From Eledone cirrhosa (taxonomy: Eukaryota): a DNA stretch of 64,000 bases. Of this stretch, positions 61,201 through 64,000 are shown piece after piece. Within the stretch, counting starts at the first letter, position 1. Each line of letters begins with the position of its first letter. The position numbers and the translations under genes were made by a program. The notes below the pieces were generated by a model. It was given only the letters and a program-made list of their open reading frames with translations, searched no databases and had not been told where the DNA came from. The DNA lies in NCBI GenBank assembly GCA_964016885.1, contig OZ024743.1, positions 339,450,001-339,514,000 of the forward strand, written 5' to 3'.

Positions 61201-64000
61201 AACATACGCTAAATCTAAGCTAAATCTAAACTAAATCTCGCCTAAATCTAAGCTAAATCTAAGCTTAATCTCACCTAAATTTAAGCAAAATATAAGCTAA
61301 ATCTCACCTAAATCAAAGCTAAATCTAAGCTAAATCTCACGTAAACATAAGCTAAATATAAGCTAAATCTCACCTAAATCTAAGCTAAATCTAAGCTAAA
61401 TCTCACCTAAATCTAAGCTAAGTCTCAACCTAAATCTAAGCTAAATCTAAGCTAAATCTCACCTAAATCTAAGGTAAATATACGTAAATCTCACCTAAAT
61501 CTAAACTAAATCTCACATAAATCTAAGCTAAATATAAGCTAAATCTCACCTAAATGTAAGATAAACATACGCTAAATCTAAGCTAAATCTAAACTAAATC
61601 TCGCCTAAATCTAAGCTAAATCTAAGCTTAATCTCACCTAAATTTAAGCAAAATATAAGCTAAATCTCACCTAAATCAAAGCTAAATCTAAGCTAAATCT
61701 CACGTAAACATAAGCTAAATATAAGCTAAATCTCACCTAAATCTAAGCTAAATATAAGCTAAATCTCACCTAAATCTAAGGTAAATATACGTAAATCTCA
61801 CCTAAATCTAAGCTAAATCTAAGTTAAATCTAAGCTAAATATAAACTAAATATCACCTAAATCTAAACTAAATATAGCTAAATCTCACCTAAATCTAAGC
61901 TGAATATAAGCTAAATCTCATCGAAATCTAAGCTAGATCTAAGCTAAATCTCCCCTAAATCTAAGCTAAATCTAAGCTAAATATAAGCTAAATCTCACCT
62001 AAATCTAAGATAAATATAAGCTAAATCTCACCTAAATCTCCGCTAAATCTTAGCTAATTCTCACCTGAATCTAAGCTAAATATAAGCTAAATCTCACATA
62101 AATCTAAGCTAAATCTAAGCTAAATCTCACCTAAATCTAAGATAAATATAAGCTAAATCTCACCTAAATCTCCGCTAAATCTTAGCTAATTCTCACCTGA
62201 ATATAAGCTAAATATAAGCTAAATCTCACCTAAATCTAAGCTAAATCTAAACTAAATCTCAACTAAGTCTAAGCTAAATCTAAGATAAATCTCACTTAAA
62301 TCGAAGTTAAATCTCACCTATATCTAAGCTAAATATAATCTAAATATAACTAAATCTCACCTAAATCTTAGCTAAATCTAAGCTAAATCTCACCTAAATC
62401 TAAGCTAAATATAAGCTAATTCTCACCTAAATCTATGCTAAATCTAAGCTAAATCTCACGTAAATATAAGCTCAATATAATCTAAATCTCACCTAAGTCT
62501 ACACTAAATCTAAGCTAAATCTCACCTAAATCAAAGCTAAATATAAGCTAAATATAAGCTAAATCTCACGTAAATCTAAGCTAAATATAAACTAAATCTC
62601 ACCAAAATCTAGGCTAAATCTAGGCTAAATCTAAGCTAAATCTCGCCTAAATCTCAGCTAAATCTAAGTTAAATCTCACTTATTCTTATAAGCTAAATCT
62701 AAACTAAATCTCACTTAAATATAAGCAAAATCTAAGCTTAATCTAAGCTAAATCTCACCTAAATCTTAGCTAAATATCAGCTAAATCTCAGCTAAATCTA
62801 GACTAAATCTAAGCTAAATCTCACCTAAATCTAAGCTAAATCTCAACCTATATCTAAACTAATCTAAGCTAAATTACACCTAAATCTAAGCTAAATATAA
62901 GCTAAATCTCACCTAAGTCTAAGCTAAATATGAGCTAAATCTAAGCTAAATATAAGCTAAATCTCACCTAAATCTAAGCTAAATATGAGCTAAATCTCAC
63001 CTAAATCTAAGCTAAATCTCACCTAAGTCTAAGCTAAATGTAAGCTAAATCTAAGCTAAATATATGCTAAATCTCACCTAAATCTAAGCTAAATATAAGA
63101 TAAATCTCATTTAAATCTAAGCTAAATCTAAGATAAATCTGAGCTAAATCTCACCTAAATCTAAGATAAATATAAGCTAAATCTCACCTAAATCTCCGCT
63201 AAATCTTAGCTAATTCTCACCTGAATATAAGCTAAATCTCACATAAATCTAAGCTAATCTGAGCTAAATTTAAACTAAATTTAAGCTAAATCTCACCTAA
63301 ATCTAAGCTAAATCTCACGTAAATATAAGCTAAATATAAGCTAAATCTCACCTAAATCTTTGCTAAATCTAAGCTAAATCTCACCTAAATCTAAGATAAA
63401 TCTCAAGCTAAATCTAAGCTAAATCTAAGCTAAATCTCACCTAAATCAAAGGTAAATATACGTAAATCTCACCTAAATCTCAGCTAAATCTAAGTTAAAT
63501 CTAAACTAAATATAAACTAAATATAACCTAAATCTAAGCTGAATATAAGCTAAATCTCATCGAAATCTAAGCTAGAACTAAGCTAAATCTCCCCTAAATC
63601 TAAGCTAAATCTAAGCTAAATATAAGCTAAATCTCACCTAAATCTAAGATAAATATAAGTTAAAACTCACCTAAATCTCCGCTAAATCTTAGCTAATTCT
63701 CACCTGAATCTAAGCTAAATATAAGCTAAATCTCAAATAAATCTAAGCTAAATATAAGCTAAATCTCACCTAAATGTAAGATAAACATACGCTAAATCTA
63801 AGCTAAATCTAAACTAAATCTCGCCTAAATCTAAGCTAAATCTAAGCTTAATCTCACCTAAATTGAAGCAAAATATAAGCTAATTCTCACCTAAATCAAG
63901 CTAAATCTAAGCTAAATCTCACGTAAACATAAGCTAAATATAAGCTAAATCTCACCTAAATCTAAGCTAAATCTAAGCTAAATCTCACCTAAATCTAAGC
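37207..64000. repeat. Satellite array of 11-bp monomers (CTAAATCTAAG, CTAAATATAAG, CTAAATCTCAC) with higher-order repeats; continues past the window end
   Basis: Direct inspection; rare variants recur at fixed spacings. Confidence 0.98.
56207..56406. other. Assembly gap (200 N)
   Basis: Run of N. Confidence 1.

Noticed and set aside
37207-64000. True telomere array
   Set aside because: Not TTAGGG, heterogeneous monomers, and the wrong strand orientation for a right-hand end.

Overview
Eukaryotic, repeat-only window with no host gene. It is probably from a coleoid cephalopod such as Octopus, inferred from the SINE/RTE repertoire and not verified by search. Bases 1-37,200 are a dense, partly nested retroelement field: a CR1-type LINE with an uninterrupted APE-RT ORF, several decayed RTE LINEs and RTE-tailed SINE-like repeats, tRNA-derived SINEs, a Tc1/mariner MITE and transposase relic, two tRNA-Trp-primed Gypsy LTR retrotransposons (each carrying a nested solo LTR), a 3.2-kb trinucleotide-based minisatellite and a Neptune-type Penelope-like element (RT + GIY-YIG). 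Bases ~37,210-64,000 are a satellite of 11-bp monomers (CTAAATCTAAG/CTAAATATAAG/CTAAATCTCAC) with layered higher-order repeats and a 200-N gap. The least expected signal is a dispersed set of type I hammerhead ribozyme motifs of the Penelope pseudo-LTR kind, six copies from intact to decayed. Two of them sit in a 233-bp foldback (235-467) that encodes an identical hammerhead on each strand. All alignments and folds were done by eye, so boundaries of decayed elements are approximate.
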